DNA of 64,000 nt from an uncultured delta proteobacterium (GTDB taxonomy: Bacteria > Desulfobacterota > Binatia > UBA9968): assembly GCA_963840855.1 (NCBI GenBank), contig CAWJBB010000051.1:32001-96000 (forward strand), written 5' to 3'. A model generated the notes under the pieces. It did not search any database. It was not told where the DNA came from and saw nothing but the letters and a program-made list of their open reading frames with translations. Positions 22,007 to 32,479 of this stretch are shown piece after piece (positions within the stretch are counted from its first letter, which is position 1; every line of letters starts with the position of its first letter). The position numbers and the translations under genes were made by a program.

Positions 22007-22235
22007 AGGAGTCAAAGTGATTTCAAAATTAGCCTATCTGGGTCCTCGCGCGTTCAGCGCGTGCGAAGCCTCGACAGCTGCGCCGCAGTGAAGTCGAGTG
22101 GCCGCCGTTCTCCAGTTGTTGATGGCTTAAAACAATGCGTTCCGACGCCGTGTACGACTTACACATTTTCTTACACATTCACACAATTGCGTAGAAATAT
22201 ATTCGAATAGTCAAATACTTATGAATATCAGAAGA

Positions 22236-22287
22236 GGACTCAAATCCGGTGGAGGCAACCCCGTGAGGGTTCAAGTCCCTCCTCCGG
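22236..22287 (+). repeat. tRNA-Leu(CAA) 3' fragment, probable att site
   Basis: GGACTCAAATCCGGTGGAGGCAACCCCGTGAGGGTTCAAGTCCCTCCTCCGG: anticodon arm, long variable arm and T arm; no 5' half. Confidence 0.7.
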
Positions 22288-22432
22288 ATTCACTACTTAG
22301 TGCCTTCGGATATACAATTCTCAGGCTGGTGCGCTTGCTCGCTTCCTGCCCTGTCAAGGCGCCCACTGCCTTTTTTTGGTGCTTCAGTTCTGCTATTTTT
22401 TAGTAAAGCTGCGATAAGCACGGACCATTTGA

Positions 22433-22753
22433 ATGATTTCCATCGACGACTTCAGAAAAATCGAACTCAGAGTCGCCACCATCAAGAGCGCTGAGCCCCA
22501 TCCCAATGCCGACAAGCTCTTGGTGCTGCAAATCGACCTCGGCGGCGAAGCGCGCCAAATTTGCGCTGGCATTCGCAATCACTACTCGGCGGAAGAGTTG
22601 GTCGGAAAGCAAATCGTAGTCGTGGCCAACCTCGAAACCGCAAAACTGCGCGGCCTCGACAGCCAGGGGATGCTGCTTGCCGCCTCCGACGAAGACCGCG
22701 TGATTATTTTGACCCCGGAAAAAAGCGTCCAGGCGGGAGCGAAGGTTTCCTAG
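22433..22753 (+). CDS. tRNA-binding OB-fold protein (MetG C-terminal/CsaA-like)
   Basis: ISIDDFRKIELRV, ADKLL, NL..KLRG.SQGMLLAA. Confidence 0.9.
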   Translation: MISIDDFRKIELRVATIKSAEPHPNADKLLVLQIDLGGEARQICAGIRNHYSAEELVGKQIVVVANLETAKLRGLDSQGMLLAASDEDRVIILTPEKSVQAGAKVS

Positions 22754-22904
22754 GCCTCACGATTTCTGTTCCAGGAATGGATGACGACACGCTGTCAGCT
22801 CAGCTGAACTGAATCCGAATTTTTAGCTGCGAAACTTTGAACCTTCAACCCGGAACCTTGAACAAAACTTGTTCCTGGTCCGAAGTCACGATGAGATACA
22901 TGTA

Positions 22905-24029
22905 ATGGTAAACTTTCCCAACGGCCGCCCGACAGTATGTTTCATCGATTTAGCTGCGCTGCGCTGGAACCTGCGCCAGGTCAAGGCTAAGGTCGGCTCT
23001 ACGGTGAAAATTCTCTCCATGGTCAAAGCCAACGCTTACGGCCACGGCGCGCCGGCGGTGGCCAAAGCCCTGGCGGATGAAGGCGGTTATGCCTTCGGCG
23101 TCGCCACGCTTGAGGAGGCCATCGAATTGCGCCAAGCTGGGATTGATCAGCCGATCCTCGTGGTCACGGGCGTTTATCTGGAACAACTGGGACAATTCAT
23201 CGAGCACCGGTTGACGCCGGTGGCCCATGACCTCGAAGCCGTGAAACTTCTCGATCGGGCGGCGCAGGGGCGCGGCGCGGCGTTGAACGTTCATATTAAA
23301 ATCGACACGGGTATGGGGAGGTTGGGATTCCTGGCCGCCGAGATCGATTCATGGTTGCCATCGTTGAAAAAGCTCAAAGCGCTCAAGATCGAAGGTGTCT
23401 TCTCGCATTTCTCCCGGGCGGAAACCGTCCAGGGCGATTATACCCAAAAGCAGTTGCGCATCTTTCAAGACGTCGTCGCGCGGCTTCGCTCTCAGGGGAT
23501 CGCGCCGCCGCTTGCGCATCTCGCCAACAGCGCCGCGACGATCACGCTGCCCGAAGCGTACTTCGATATGGTGCGCCCCGGGATAATGCTCTACGGTCCC
23601 TATCCGTCGCCAGCGATGATGAGCCAGATCGAGCTGAAACCGGTTCTGTCATGGAAAACTCGCATCACGCAACTCAAGAAAGTGCCTTGCGGCACGAGCA
23701 TTAGCTACGGGCAGACCTTCGTAACCCAGCGCGAAAGTTCTATCGCGACGCTGCCCGTCGGCTACGCCGACGGCTATCAGCGGCTGTTGTCAAACCGCGG
23801 CGAAGTTTTAGTCAAAGGCAATCGAGCGCCGGTGGCCGGCACAGTGTGCATGGATTTGACTATGGTCGATGTTACCGATATAGCAGGCGTGCAACCGGGA
23901 GATGAGGTTGTTCTGCTCGGCCGTCAAGGCGATCAGGAAATCACCGCCGACGAGCTGGCCGGCTGGACGAATACGATCTCGTACGAGATTCTCACTTCCA
24001 TCAGCGCGCGCGTTCCCCGCATATATTAA
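22905..24029 (+). CDS. alr: Alanine racemase
   Basis: VKANAYGHG, DTGMGRLG, GYADG. Confidence 0.96.
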   Translation: MVNFPNGRPTVCFIDLAALRWNLRQVKAKVGSTVKILSMVKANAYGHGAPAVAKALADEGGYAFGVATLEEAIELRQAGIDQPILVVTGVYLEQLGQFIEHRLTPVAHDLEAVKLLDRAAQGRGAALNVHIKIDTGMGRLGFLAAEIDSWLPSLKKLKALKIEGVFSHFSRAETVQGDYTQKQLRIFQDVVARLRSQGIAPPLAHLANSAATITLPEAYFDMVRPGIMLYGPYPSPAMMSQIELKPVLSWKTRITQLKKVPCGTSISYGQTFVTQRESSIATLPVGYADGYQRLLSNRGEVLVKGNRAPVAGTVCMDLTMVDVTDIAGVQPGDEVVLLGRQGDQEITADELAGWTNTISYEILTSISARVPRIY

Positions 24030-24052
24030 AATGCCTAGGAGGATCACTGGCA

Positions 24053-25627
24053 GTGGGCAGGATTCAACGAGCCCTCATAAGCGTTTCCGATAAGAATGGC
24101 ATTGTCGAGTTTTCCCGTGCCCTCACTGAGTTGGACATTGAAATCATTTCCACGGGCGGCACGGCGTCGCTGCTGCGCGACAACAAAATCCCGGTCAAGG
24201 ATGTCTCGGAGCTGACCGGATTTCCCGAAATGATGGACGGCCGCGTCAAAACGCTGCACCCGAAGATTCACGGCGGCATTCTCGCTCTGCGGGACAATCC
24301 GGCGCATGTCGCCAATATGCAAGAGCATGGCATCGCCCCCATCGATCTGGTTGTCGTCAATCTCTATCCGTTCGAAGCGACCGTCGCCCGCGGTGCCGCC
24401 TTCGATGAAGTCGTCGAGAATATCGATATCGGCGGACCGACCATGGTGCGCGCCGCGGCGAAGAACCACCGCCACGTCGGCGTCGTCGTTGATTCGAAAG
24501 ACTACGACGCGATCATTGCCGAATTGAAGGAAAATCGCTGCTCTTTATCGGACGCCACGCGCCTTCGACTTTTCCGCAAGGCGTTCCAGCATACCGCGCA
24601 TTACGACGGCGCGATTTCAAATTATTTTTCGTCTTTAGACGAAACCGGGCAGCCCGTGCGCTGGGGCGGAACGGTCAACGTTCAAGTGACAAAACTCCAG
24701 GACATGCGCTATGGTGAAAACCCACACCAGAGCGCTGCCTTCTACGCTACCACGGGCGACACCGGCCCATCCATCGCACGCGCCAAGCAGTTCCAGGGCA
24801 AGGAATTATCCTTCAATAATATTCTCGACGCTGACGCAGCCTTGAGCACTGTGTTGGAATTTTCCGATATCGCGACCGTAGTCATCAAGCACAACAACCC
24901 CTGCGGCGTCGCGCTATCGAAAACCTCCCTCGCCGATTCCTTCCGCAAAGCCAAAGCCTGCGATCCGGTTTCCATTTTTGGCGGGGTCATCGCCTTCAAC
25001 CGCCCCGTCGATGAAGAAACGGCGCAAGAGTTAAAAGACATATTTCTCGAAATCGTCATAGCGCCAAGCTTCGCGCCGCAAGCTAAGACCGTGCTTGCGT
25101 CGGCCAAGCGGCTGCTCAACATCCGGCTCCTGGAATTGGACATGAACCAGACGCAGGGCGGCGGCTACGATGTGCGCCGGGTGCGCGGCGGAATGTTGAT
25201 GCAAGATTGGGACACGGGTTCAGTGGACGTGCGCGCCTGCAAAGTAGCCACCGAAAGAAAGCCGACGGAAGCGGAATATCAAGCTCTCGACTTCGCTTGG
25301 CGCGTCTGCCGCCACGTGAAGTCGAATACCATCGTTTTTGCCTCTCCCGATCAGGTGCTGGGCGTCGGCGCCGGCCAGATGAGCCGCATCGACTCGACCA
25401 AGATCGCCGTTTTGCGCGCCGCTACCCATGGCTTGGACCTCAAAGGTTCGGCGGTGGCGTCCGATGCCTTTTATCCCTTCCGCGACGGCCTGGACGAAGC
25501 GGCCAATGCCGGCGCCAAGTCGGTCATTCAGCCGGGCGGCTCAATCAAGGACGACGAAGTCATCGCCGCCGCCAACGAGCATGACATGGCGATGATTTTC
25601 ACCGGCATGAGGCATTTCAGACACTAG
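24053..25627 (+). CDS. purH: AICAR transformylase/IMP cyclohydrolase
   Basis: GRVKTLHP, YGENPHQ, QPGGS, RHFRH. Confidence 0.97.
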   Translation: MGRIQRALISVSDKNGIVEFSRALTELDIEIISTGGTASLLRDNKIPVKDVSELTGFPEMMDGRVKTLHPKIHGGILALRDNPAHVANMQEHGIAPIDLVVVNLYPFEATVARGAAFDEVVENIDIGGPTMVRAAAKNHRHVGVVVDSKDYDAIIAELKENRCSLSDATRLRLFRKAFQHTAHYDGAISNYFSSLDETGQPVRWGGTVNVQVTKLQDMRYGENPHQSAAFYATTGDTGPSIARAKQFQGKELSFNNILDADAALSTVLEFSDIATVVIKHNNPCGVALSKTSLADSFRKAKACDPVSIFGGVIAFNRPVDEETAQELKDIFLEIVIAPSFAPQAKTVLASAKRLLNIRLLELDMNQTQGGGYDVRRVRGGMLMQDWDTGSVDVRACKVATERKPTEAEYQALDFAWRVCRHVKSNTIVFASPDQVLGVGAGQMSRIDSTKIAVLRAATHGLDLKGSAVASDAFYPFRDGLDEAANAGAKSVIQPGGSIKDDEVIAAANEHDMAMIFTGMRHFRH

Positions 25628-25639
25628 CCGAAGATAAAC

Positions 25640-25692
25640 AATGGCGGATGGATGATGGCGATCCTCGATCTTCCATCCTCGATCCTCGACCC
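25640..25692. repeat. Heptamer (ATCCTCG/GATGG) inverted tandem repeat
   Basis: gatggatgatggcgatcctcgatcttccatcctcgatcctcg; related copy at 39038..39097. Confidence 0.6.
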
Positions 25693-25711
25693 TGTTTTTT
25701 CGTGGTAAGTC

Positions 25712-26983
25712 ATGAAAGTCCTCGTCATCGGCGGCGGCGGGCGCGAGCATGCACTGGTTTGGAAAATCAGCCAGAGCCCGAAAATCAAAAAACTCTATTG
25801 CGCCCCGGGCAGCGCCGCCATCGGTGAATTTGCCGAGCTTGTCGCCATCGGACCCGAGCAGATCGACAGACTTGCCGACTTCGCCGCCAAGGAAAAAATC
25901 GACCTCACCGTCGTCGGACCAGAGTTGCCGCTTACTCTCGGCATCACCGATTTATTTGAGGAACGCGGGCTACGCATCTTCGGCCCGAACCGCGAAGCCG
26001 CGCAACTGGAAGGCAGCAAAGCGTTCGCCAAAGAAATTCTCCGGGACAACGGTATTCCAACCGCCGCTTTCGGTACCTTCACGGATGCGGCATTGGCAAA
26101 GCATTTTATCGCCGAGCAAAAGACTCCCATCGTCGTCAAAGCCGACGGCCTTGCGGCTGGCAAAGGCGTTTTGATCTGCGCCACGCGGGCTGAGGCAGAT
26201 GCCGCCGTCGATGGGATTCTCTTGGGTAAAGCCTTTGGCCCCGCCGGGGAAAAAGTGGTCATAGAGGAATTTCTCGACGGCGAAGAAGCGTCTTTTATGG
26301 TCCTGACCGATGGCGACCACATCCTTCCGCTAGCCTCGTCCCAGGACCACAAGCGCGTCTTCGACAACGACGAAGGTCCAAACACCGGCGGCATGGGCGC
26401 CTACTCGCCGGCGCCCGTGGTAACACCCGAAGTGCATCGCCGGATATTGCATGAGATACTCGCCCCGCTGCTCGCCGGTCTGAGAAAGAAAAACATTCGC
26501 TATCGCGGGGTGATTTACGTCGGCTTGATGATTACTCAAGACGGCCCGACGGTTCTGGAATTTAACGCGCGCTTCGGCGACCCCGAATGCCAGCCGATCA
26601 TGATGCGCTTGCAGAGCGATCTCGTGGAGCTTATGGAAGCGGCGATCGACGGCAGGCTCAATGAAGCCCAGGCCCGGTGGCACGACGATGCCGCGGTCTG
26701 CGTGGTCCTCGCCGCCGCCGGCTATCCCGGCGCGTACGACAAAGGCAAAGAAATTCTCGGTCTGGAGAGATTGCGGGACTGGTCCAATGGCTTCGTCTTT
26801 CACGCCGGGACAACGAAAGACAAAGGCCGCTGGCTGACTTCGGGCGGGCGCGTATTGGGAGTCACGGCGCAAGGAAAAAGCGTCGCCGACGCGGTGCGCG
26901 AAGTTTATCGCGCGGTGCGTGAAATTTCTTGGAACGGTATGCACTATCGCAAAGATATCGCGCGCAGAGCGCTAGCATCATAA
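25712..26983 (+). CDS. purD: Phosphoribosylamine--glycine ligase
   Basis: GGGGREHAL, GPNTGGMG, RFGDPE. Confidence 0.97.
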   Translation: MKVLVIGGGGREHALVWKISQSPKIKKLYCAPGSAAIGEFAELVAIGPEQIDRLADFAAKEKIDLTVVGPELPLTLGITDLFEERGLRIFGPNREAAQLEGSKAFAKEILRDNGIPTAAFGTFTDAALAKHFIAEQKTPIVVKADGLAAGKGVLICATRAEADAAVDGILLGKAFGPAGEKVVIEEFLDGEEASFMVLTDGDHILPLASSQDHKRVFDNDEGPNTGGMGAYSPAPVVTPEVHRRILHEILAPLLAGLRKKNIRYRGVIYVGLMITQDGPTVLEFNARFGDPECQPIMMRLQSDLVELMEAAIDGRLNEAQARWHDDAAVCVVLAAAGYPGAYDKGKEILGLERLRDWSNGFVFHAGTTKDKGRWLTSGGRVLGVTAQGKSVADAVREVYRAVREISWNGMHYRKDIARRALAS

Positions 26984-27002
26984 ATCTCCTCGGTGTCGAA
27001 TC

Positions 27003-27659
27003 TTGGCCAACCACAGCCCTCAAAATCGAACCGTTCTAGAGACAACGGACACACGCATCGCTCCGGCCGTTGCCGCCCTCAAGCGCGGCGAGGTCATCGT
27101 CTATCCCACCGAAACCCTCTACGGCCTGGGCGCCGACGCGCTAAACGTCGCCGCCGTGGAAAAAGTCTTTCGACTCAAAGGCCGCAACCGCGATAACCCC
27201 ATTCCCGTACTCGTCGCCGACCGCGAGATGCTAACAGCGCTGGTCGCCGACGTTCCAGCGCTCGCGGAAAAGTTGATAGCGAGCTTCTGGCCCGGCCCGT
27301 TGACTTTGGTATTACCGGCGCGAAAAGATGTTTCTCCACCGCTTTTGAATTCCTCCGGCGGTATCGGCGTGCGTATTTCCAGTGAACCCGTCGCCACCGG
27401 GCTCGTTCGCGCCCTCGGACATCCTTTGACCTCCACCAGCGCGAACCCCTCGGGACAGCCTCCGGCGCGCACCGTAGAGCAGGCAAAAAACTACTTCGCC
27501 GAGGCCATCGACCTGTTTATCGACGCGGGGAAATTGATCTCAAGGACCGGTTCCACGGTCGTTGAAATCAGGGCAAACGCCATCAACATCATCCGCGAGG
27601 GCGAGATCGGCAAGTCCGAGCTTCAACGTGCCGTCGGAGAAAGCGAGGTAGTTCGATGA
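27003..27659 (+). CDS. tsaC: L-threonylcarbamoyladenylate synthase (Sua5/YrdC)
   Basis: PTETLYGL, KGR, WPGPLT, STSANPSG. Confidence 0.92.
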   Translation: MANHSPQNRTVLETTDTRIAPAVAALKRGEVIVYPTETLYGLGADALNVAAVEKVFRLKGRNRDNPIPVLVADREMLTALVADVPALAEKLIASFWPGPLTLVLPARKDVSPPLLNSSGGIGVRISSEPVATGLVRALGHPLTSTSANPSGQPPARTVEQAKNYFAEAIDLFIDAGKLISRTGSTVVEIRANAINIIREGEIGKSELQRAVGESEVVR

Positions 27660-27874
27660 AACGAAGGGCATCAATGCTCCTGCTGCTCGTGGCCGGCTTA
27701 TTGCCGCACACCGGCTGCGATTCGAAGACTGACACCGTAACCCAGGGCAGAGAAGCGGTCAAAGAGGTTGTCACCCAGCCGCTCAATACCCTGGACACCG
27801 CCAAGGAATCGCTCAAACAGAGCGAGGACAAGAGCAAAGCTGCGCTCGAAGAAGTGAACAAAACACTCAAGTAG
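27656..27874 (+). CDS. Small lipoprotein
   Basis: Signal peptide ending TGC, then a helical domain; ATGA overlap. Confidence 0.65.
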   Translation: MKRRASMLLLLVAGLLPHTGCDSKTDTVTQGREAVKEVVTQPLNTLDTAKESLKQSEDKSKAALEEVNKTLK

Positions 27875-28424
27875 CCGGAGTTTCCTTGACGCGTTGGCGC
27901 GCTGACTTGAGGATACGGTCGACCTGCCCGCCGTCTTCGCCGTCGTAATAGTTCACATTCCGATCCCGCGCGTAGAGCGCGCGAAAGCCGGATTGCGGGC
28001 GGCCCGCGCTGGTTGCGTAGGCGCCGATCTTATTGGAATCAGGATATTCGGAAATATCCGGATACGCCATCGTGCTGACGACGAGATAGCGCAGTTCCCG
28101 GGAGCCCGTATTGATAAGCTGATGGGGAAAATCACCGGGCGGGCAAGCGATGACGGTATCCGCCGACACCGCCAGCTCGTCCTTGCCGAGGCGCAGCATA
28201 CCGTCGCCCTCGATAATGTAAATCATCTCCTCGTTACCCACGTGGTTGTGGTAGGGAAAGGCGGTCTTTCCCGGCGCAACGATAAAAAAACTGTAGCCCA
28301 GTTTTTGCGCGCCGATCTGCGCGCCCACGCGCTGGCGCGAGCCGCTAAAAACCGATCCCTCCGGCGCGGTGATCCGATCGACGGGAACTTCGGATAAATG
28401 GACGACATGTTTGTGTTTTGCCAT
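27867..28424 (-). CDS. Cupin domain protein
   Basis: PYHNH..EEMIY, HQLIN, YPDSNK. Confidence 0.88.
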   Translation of the reverse strand: MAKHKHVVHLSEVPVDRITAPEGSVFSGSRQRVGAQIGAQKLGYSFFIVAPGKTAFPYHNHVGNEEMIYIIEGDGMLRLGKDELAVSADTVIACPPGDFPHQLINTGSRELRYLVVSTMAYPDISEYPDSNKIGAYATSAGRPQSGFRALYARDRNVNYYDGEDGGQVDRILKSARQRVKETPAT

Positions 28425-28494
28425 AACGCCTCCTGCCTGGCTCGACCACAACACGCTATCATTTGCCGGCGTCTTCATGCTATCAGAAAGACTG

Positions 28495-29473
28495 ATGCTC
28501 GTCCTCTCCGAGAAACAAGTTCAAAGCCTAATCGACATCGAAGAACTTATCGCCGCGCTGGCGCGGGCCCATGTTCAATACTCGACGGGCAAGGCGGTCA
28601 TGCCCGTGCGGCTGGTGGCGCCGCTGCCGCCGATCGACGGGCGCATCACCAGCATGCCGGGCTATCTGAACGATGACAAAGCGCTGGGCATGAAAGTTGT
28701 CACCTACTTTCAGAAAAACCCGCAGCGAAACCTGCCGGCGATTCTCGCCACGATCATGCTCTTCAGCGCGGAGACCGGCAAAATGATCGCGGCGATGGAC
28801 GGCACGTACATCACGACGATTCGCACCGCCTGCGCTTCGGCGCTGGCGACCCGGGCGCTGGCAAATCCGGAAACGCCGGTGCTGGGTATTCTTGGCGCCG
28901 GAGTTCAGGCGCGGTCTCATATTCTCGCTTTATCCAGCGTTAGAAAATTGCAGCGGATCAAGATCTTCAGCCCATCGGGCTCCAGCGCTCGTGCGGTCAA
29001 GAAAGATTTAGCAGTGGAAATCGGAGTCCCGATTGAAGTCACCCAGTGCGCCGAGGACAGCGTGCGCGATGCCGATCTCCTGGTCACAGCGACCACGGCG
29101 AAGGCTCCGATTGTGAAATCTGACTGGTTGAAACCCGGCGTCCATATCAACGCCGTCGGCTCGCACCGCCCCGACCTGAGAGAAATCGACGGCGGGACCC
29201 TGTCATGCTCGAAGGTCGTCGTCGATTCCCGGGAAGCGATTATGGCCGAGTGCGGCGATATTTTGCTCGCGCTCAAAGAAAAATCCGTGAGGGAGAGCGT
29301 CATTCACGCCGAGATCGGCGAGGTCTTGGCGGGAACCAAAAACGGCAGAACCAGCGCCGAAGAGATTACGCTCTACAAATCCGTCGGCATAGCGATCCAA
29401 GACGTCGCCACGGCGCATCTCGTTTATCACAAAGCATTGGAGATCGAAAGTTGGCATCAATGTTGAGATTTAG
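28495..29473 (+). CDS. Ornithine cyclodeaminase/mu-crystallin family (probable frameshift at the C-terminal end)
   Basis: RTACAS, GAGVQA, KSVGIAIQD. Confidence 0.9.
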
Positions 29474-29571
29474 GAAAGCGTGAAGTTGATTTCTGATCGA
29501 TTCTGGTCCAGCGTTAACTCGATCCAAGGAACGCGGAACCTGAAACTAGAAACGTGAAACCAGAAACTACC

Positions 29572-31380
29572 ATGACTACGACCTGGGACCTCACAAGCTA
29601 TTTTCCCGAATTTAACGGCCCGGAGATGCTCCAGTTCAAGGAAGCGCTCCGCCACGACATCGCGTCGCTCAGAGACAAAGCGTCTTTGCTCCCGATTTTG
29701 ACCGAAGCCAGTCTGGCGGCCTGGGAAGAAGTCCTGGCCCGCGGCGAAGACTTGACCCGCCGCATGTCACACTTGAGCTCCTATATCAGCTGTCTCGCCT
29801 CCTCCGACGCGCGCAACGAAGATTATCTGAAAGAAGAAGCGGCGCTGGCGCTCCTGCGGGCGGAATTCGCCAAAGTGCGCATCGAATACTTGCGCGCCTT
29901 CAAGGGCGCCACCGACGCCGTCTTCGCTCAGTTTCTCGCCCGTCCTTATTTGGCCGGTGCAGAAAATTATCTGACCCGGCTGCGCGAGGAAGCACACCGC
30001 GCCATGACCGCGGAGAAGGAGATCCTCGCCACCGACCTCGGCGTGGACGGCATTCAATCCTGGGGGCGGCTCTACGATCGCGTATCGGCGAAGCTTGAAT
30101 TCGAAATGACTTTTCCTGACGGGCGGCGCGAGCGCTTGCCCATGTCCCAGCGCCGCTCGCTCATGGATCATCCCGACCGGCGCGTAAGATGCGCGGCATT
30201 CGAAGCAGGCAATGCAGCGTGGCGGAGGGTTGAAGATATCGCTGCCGCCGCGCTTAACGCCATCGCCGGCACTCGATTTACGCTCAACCGTCACCGTGGC
30301 GTCGATCATTTCCTCGACATCGCCTTGTTTCAATCGGCGGTCTCGCGCAAAACCCTTGACGCCATGTTCGCGGCGCTGTTTGCCAATCTGGAAATGCCGC
30401 GCCGGATTCTCCGGCTCAAAGCCAAACTGATGGGGCGTTCCGGTGTCGCCTGGTTCGACCTCGGCGCGCCCCTTGATTTGCCCGACCAGGAAAAACTCTC
30501 CTGGGAGAAGGCGCGCAGGTTGGTAAGAGAATCCTTCCAGCGCGCCTACCCGGCCCTGGGCGATTTCTTCGAGCGGCATGTTCTCGCCAAAAACTGGATC
30601 GACTGGGCGCCCCGCCCCGGCAAACGGCCCGGCGGATTTTGCACGAGTTCCATGCTCAGCAAAGAGTCGCGCATCTTCATGACCTATAATGAATCCCTCG
30701 GCGACGTGCTCACCTTGGCCCATGAATCGGGACACGCCTTTCACGGCCATCAGATGGGTGACGTGCGCCCTTACGCCCGTGGCTACCCGATGACCTTGGC
30801 GGAAACCGCCTCGACATTTGGCGAACAGGTTTTTATGAACGGCTTGCTCGACGACCCGGCGATCAGCGACGAGCAGAAAGCGATGATCCTCGACATCGAT
30901 GCGGGTCACGGCGCCGTTTATCTGCTGGATATCCCGGTGCGCTACGAGTTCGAGAAAGCTTTTTACGAAGAACGGCAAAACGGCGAGCTAAGCGTGAGCC
31001 GCCTAAAAGAATTAATGATCGAGACTCAATGTCGCGTGCTCGGCGAGGTGCTCGAGCCGGGCGGCGAAGACCCCTACTTTTGGGCGTCGAAGCTGCACTT
31101 TTACATTACCGGCCTGACTTTTTATAACTTCCCGTACACTTTCGGCTACCTGTTGAGCCGCGGTCTCTACGCCATGTTCAAAAAGGAAGGCGCCGCTTTC
31201 CTGCCCAAGTATGAAGACCTGCTCCGCCTCGCCGGCAGCGACACCTCGGAAAACGTAGTCAAGCGCGCGGTGGACTGCGATATCGAAGCGACTGAATTTT
31301 GGACTGAGGCGATTCAAAGTTTAGAACAACCGCTGAATCACTTGGAAGGTTTGTTGCCGAAGGTTTTTCCGAATTCGTGA
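29572..31380 (+). CDS. pepF: M3B oligoendopeptidase F
   Basis: HESGH, LAETAS, FYNFPYTFG. Confidence 0.92.
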   Translation: MTTTWDLTSYFPEFNGPEMLQFKEALRHDIASLRDKASLLPILTEASLAAWEEVLARGEDLTRRMSHLSSYISCLASSDARNEDYLKEEAALALLRAEFAKVRIEYLRAFKGATDAVFAQFLARPYLAGAENYLTRLREEAHRAMTAEKEILATDLGVDGIQSWGRLYDRVSAKLEFEMTFPDGRRERLPMSQRRSLMDHPDRRVRCAAFEAGNAAWRRVEDIAAAALNAIAGTRFTLNRHRGVDHFLDIALFQSAVSRKTLDAMFAALFANLEMPRRILRLKAKLMGRSGVAWFDLGAPLDLPDQEKLSWEKARRLVRESFQRAYPALGDFFERHVLAKNWIDWAPRPGKRPGGFCTSSMLSKESRIFMTYNESLGDVLTLAHESGHAFHGHQMGDVRPYARGYPMTLAETASTFGEQVFMNGLLDDPAISDEQKAMILDIDAGHGAVYLLDIPVRYEFEKAFYEERQNGELSVSRLKELMIETQCRVLGEVLEPGGEDPYFWASKLHFYITGLTFYNFPYTFGYLLSRGLYAMFKKEGAAFLPKYEDLLRLAGSDTSENVVKRAVDCDIEATEFWTEAIQSLEQPLNHLEGLLPKVFPNS

Positions 31381-31399
31381 ATTACTTCACTCGTCCGCA

Positions 31400-32479
31400 A
31401 TGAACCGTCTCAGGAAACAAATCGGGCAGTTATTTTTGGTCGGGGTTCAAAGCGAAACGCTCACACCCCACGAGCGGCTGCTCTTCGAAGAGTATGCGTT
31501 CGGCGGATTCATTCTCTTCAAACGCAACTGCCACGAGGCCGGTCAGGTGGTTTCATTATGTCGCGCCCTTGGGGAGATGGCCGGCGAAACACCGCCCTTC
31601 ATCGCCATCGACCAGGAAGGCGGCCGCGTGCACCGCTTGCCGCCGCCTTTCACCCATTTTCCGCCGGCCGCGCGTATCGGTGAGACCAACGATCTTGACC
31701 TCGCTTACCGCGCGGGGCGCGCCACCGCCGCGGAATTGACTCTGGCGGGAATCAATCTCAATTTTGCTCCCGTCCTGGACGTAAATTCTAATTCGCAAAA
31801 CCCCATCATCGGCGACCGCGCCTTTGGCGCTGAACCGAAGGCGGTAATGATGATGGGATGGTCATGGGCTCAAGGGCTCCGAGACGGAGGCGTTATTCCC
31901 TGTGGAAAACACTTTCCCGGCCATGGCGCCTCCGACAAAGACTCGCACTTCGATCTACCCTTGGTCGCGAAATCAATAGACGAACTGAAAGCCACCGAGC
32001 TACGGCCCTTCGCACATGCTTGTGGAAACAAAATTGAAGCCCTCATGACGGCCCACGTGCTTTACCCGGCCCTCGATGCTCAATGGCCGGCCACGCTTTC
32101 AGAAAAAATCGTGACAGGTTTGTTGCGCCAGCAACTGGGTTATGGTGGCGTGGTTTGCAGCGATGACATGGAGATGAAAGCGATCAGCGACCGCTACGGC
32201 GTGGAGGATGCGGCCTTGCTGAGCATCCGTGCCGGCGTCGACATGCTCCTCTTTGGCCGTGAGCTCTCGCGGGCGGTTCAGGCTTGCGAGTTTCTCTGCG
32301 CGGAATCTGAAAAAGACGCCGCGCTACGGGCGCGGGCGGGCGAGGGCTGCGCTCGGATCGCCAGGCTCAAGCGACGTTCCTTGAAATCGTTTACGGGGGT
32401 CGTCGAAAAAGAGATTGTGGAGCAGCTCGCCAATCTGGATCATGGCCGCATGGTGGCGGAGATTTACGGCATCTTGTAA
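31400..32479 (+). CDS. nagZ: Beta-N-acetylhexosaminidase (GH3)
   Basis: DQEGGRV, KHFPGHG.....DSH, SDDMEM. Confidence 0.92.
   Translation: MNRLRKQIGQLFLVGVQSETLTPHERLLFEEYAFGGFILFKRNCHEAGQVVSLCRALGEMAGETPPFIAIDQEGGRVHRLPPPFTHFPPAARIGETNDLDLAYRAGRATAAELTLAGINLNFAPVLDVNSNSQNPIIGDRAFGAEPKAVMMMGWSWAQGLRDGGVIPCGKHFPGHGASDKDSHFDLPLVAKSIDELKATELRPFAHACGNKIEALMTAHVLYPALDAQWPATLSEKIVTGLLRQQLGYGGVVCSDDMEMKAISDRYGVEDAALLSIRAGVDMLLFGRELSRAVQACEFLCAESEKDAALRARAGEGCARIARLKRRSLKSFTGVVEKEIVEQLANLDHGRMVAEIYGIL

Noticed and set aside
22236-22292. Functional tRNA-Leu
   Set aside because: The 5' acceptor strand and D arm are missing, and there is no CCA end.
29767-30978. 403-aa minus-strand ORF and many other long antisense ORFs (e.g. 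9542..10174, 33797..34582, 45235..46185)
   Set aside because: They are shadows of well-supported genes on the opposite strand in GC-rich DNA, with no recognisable motifs.
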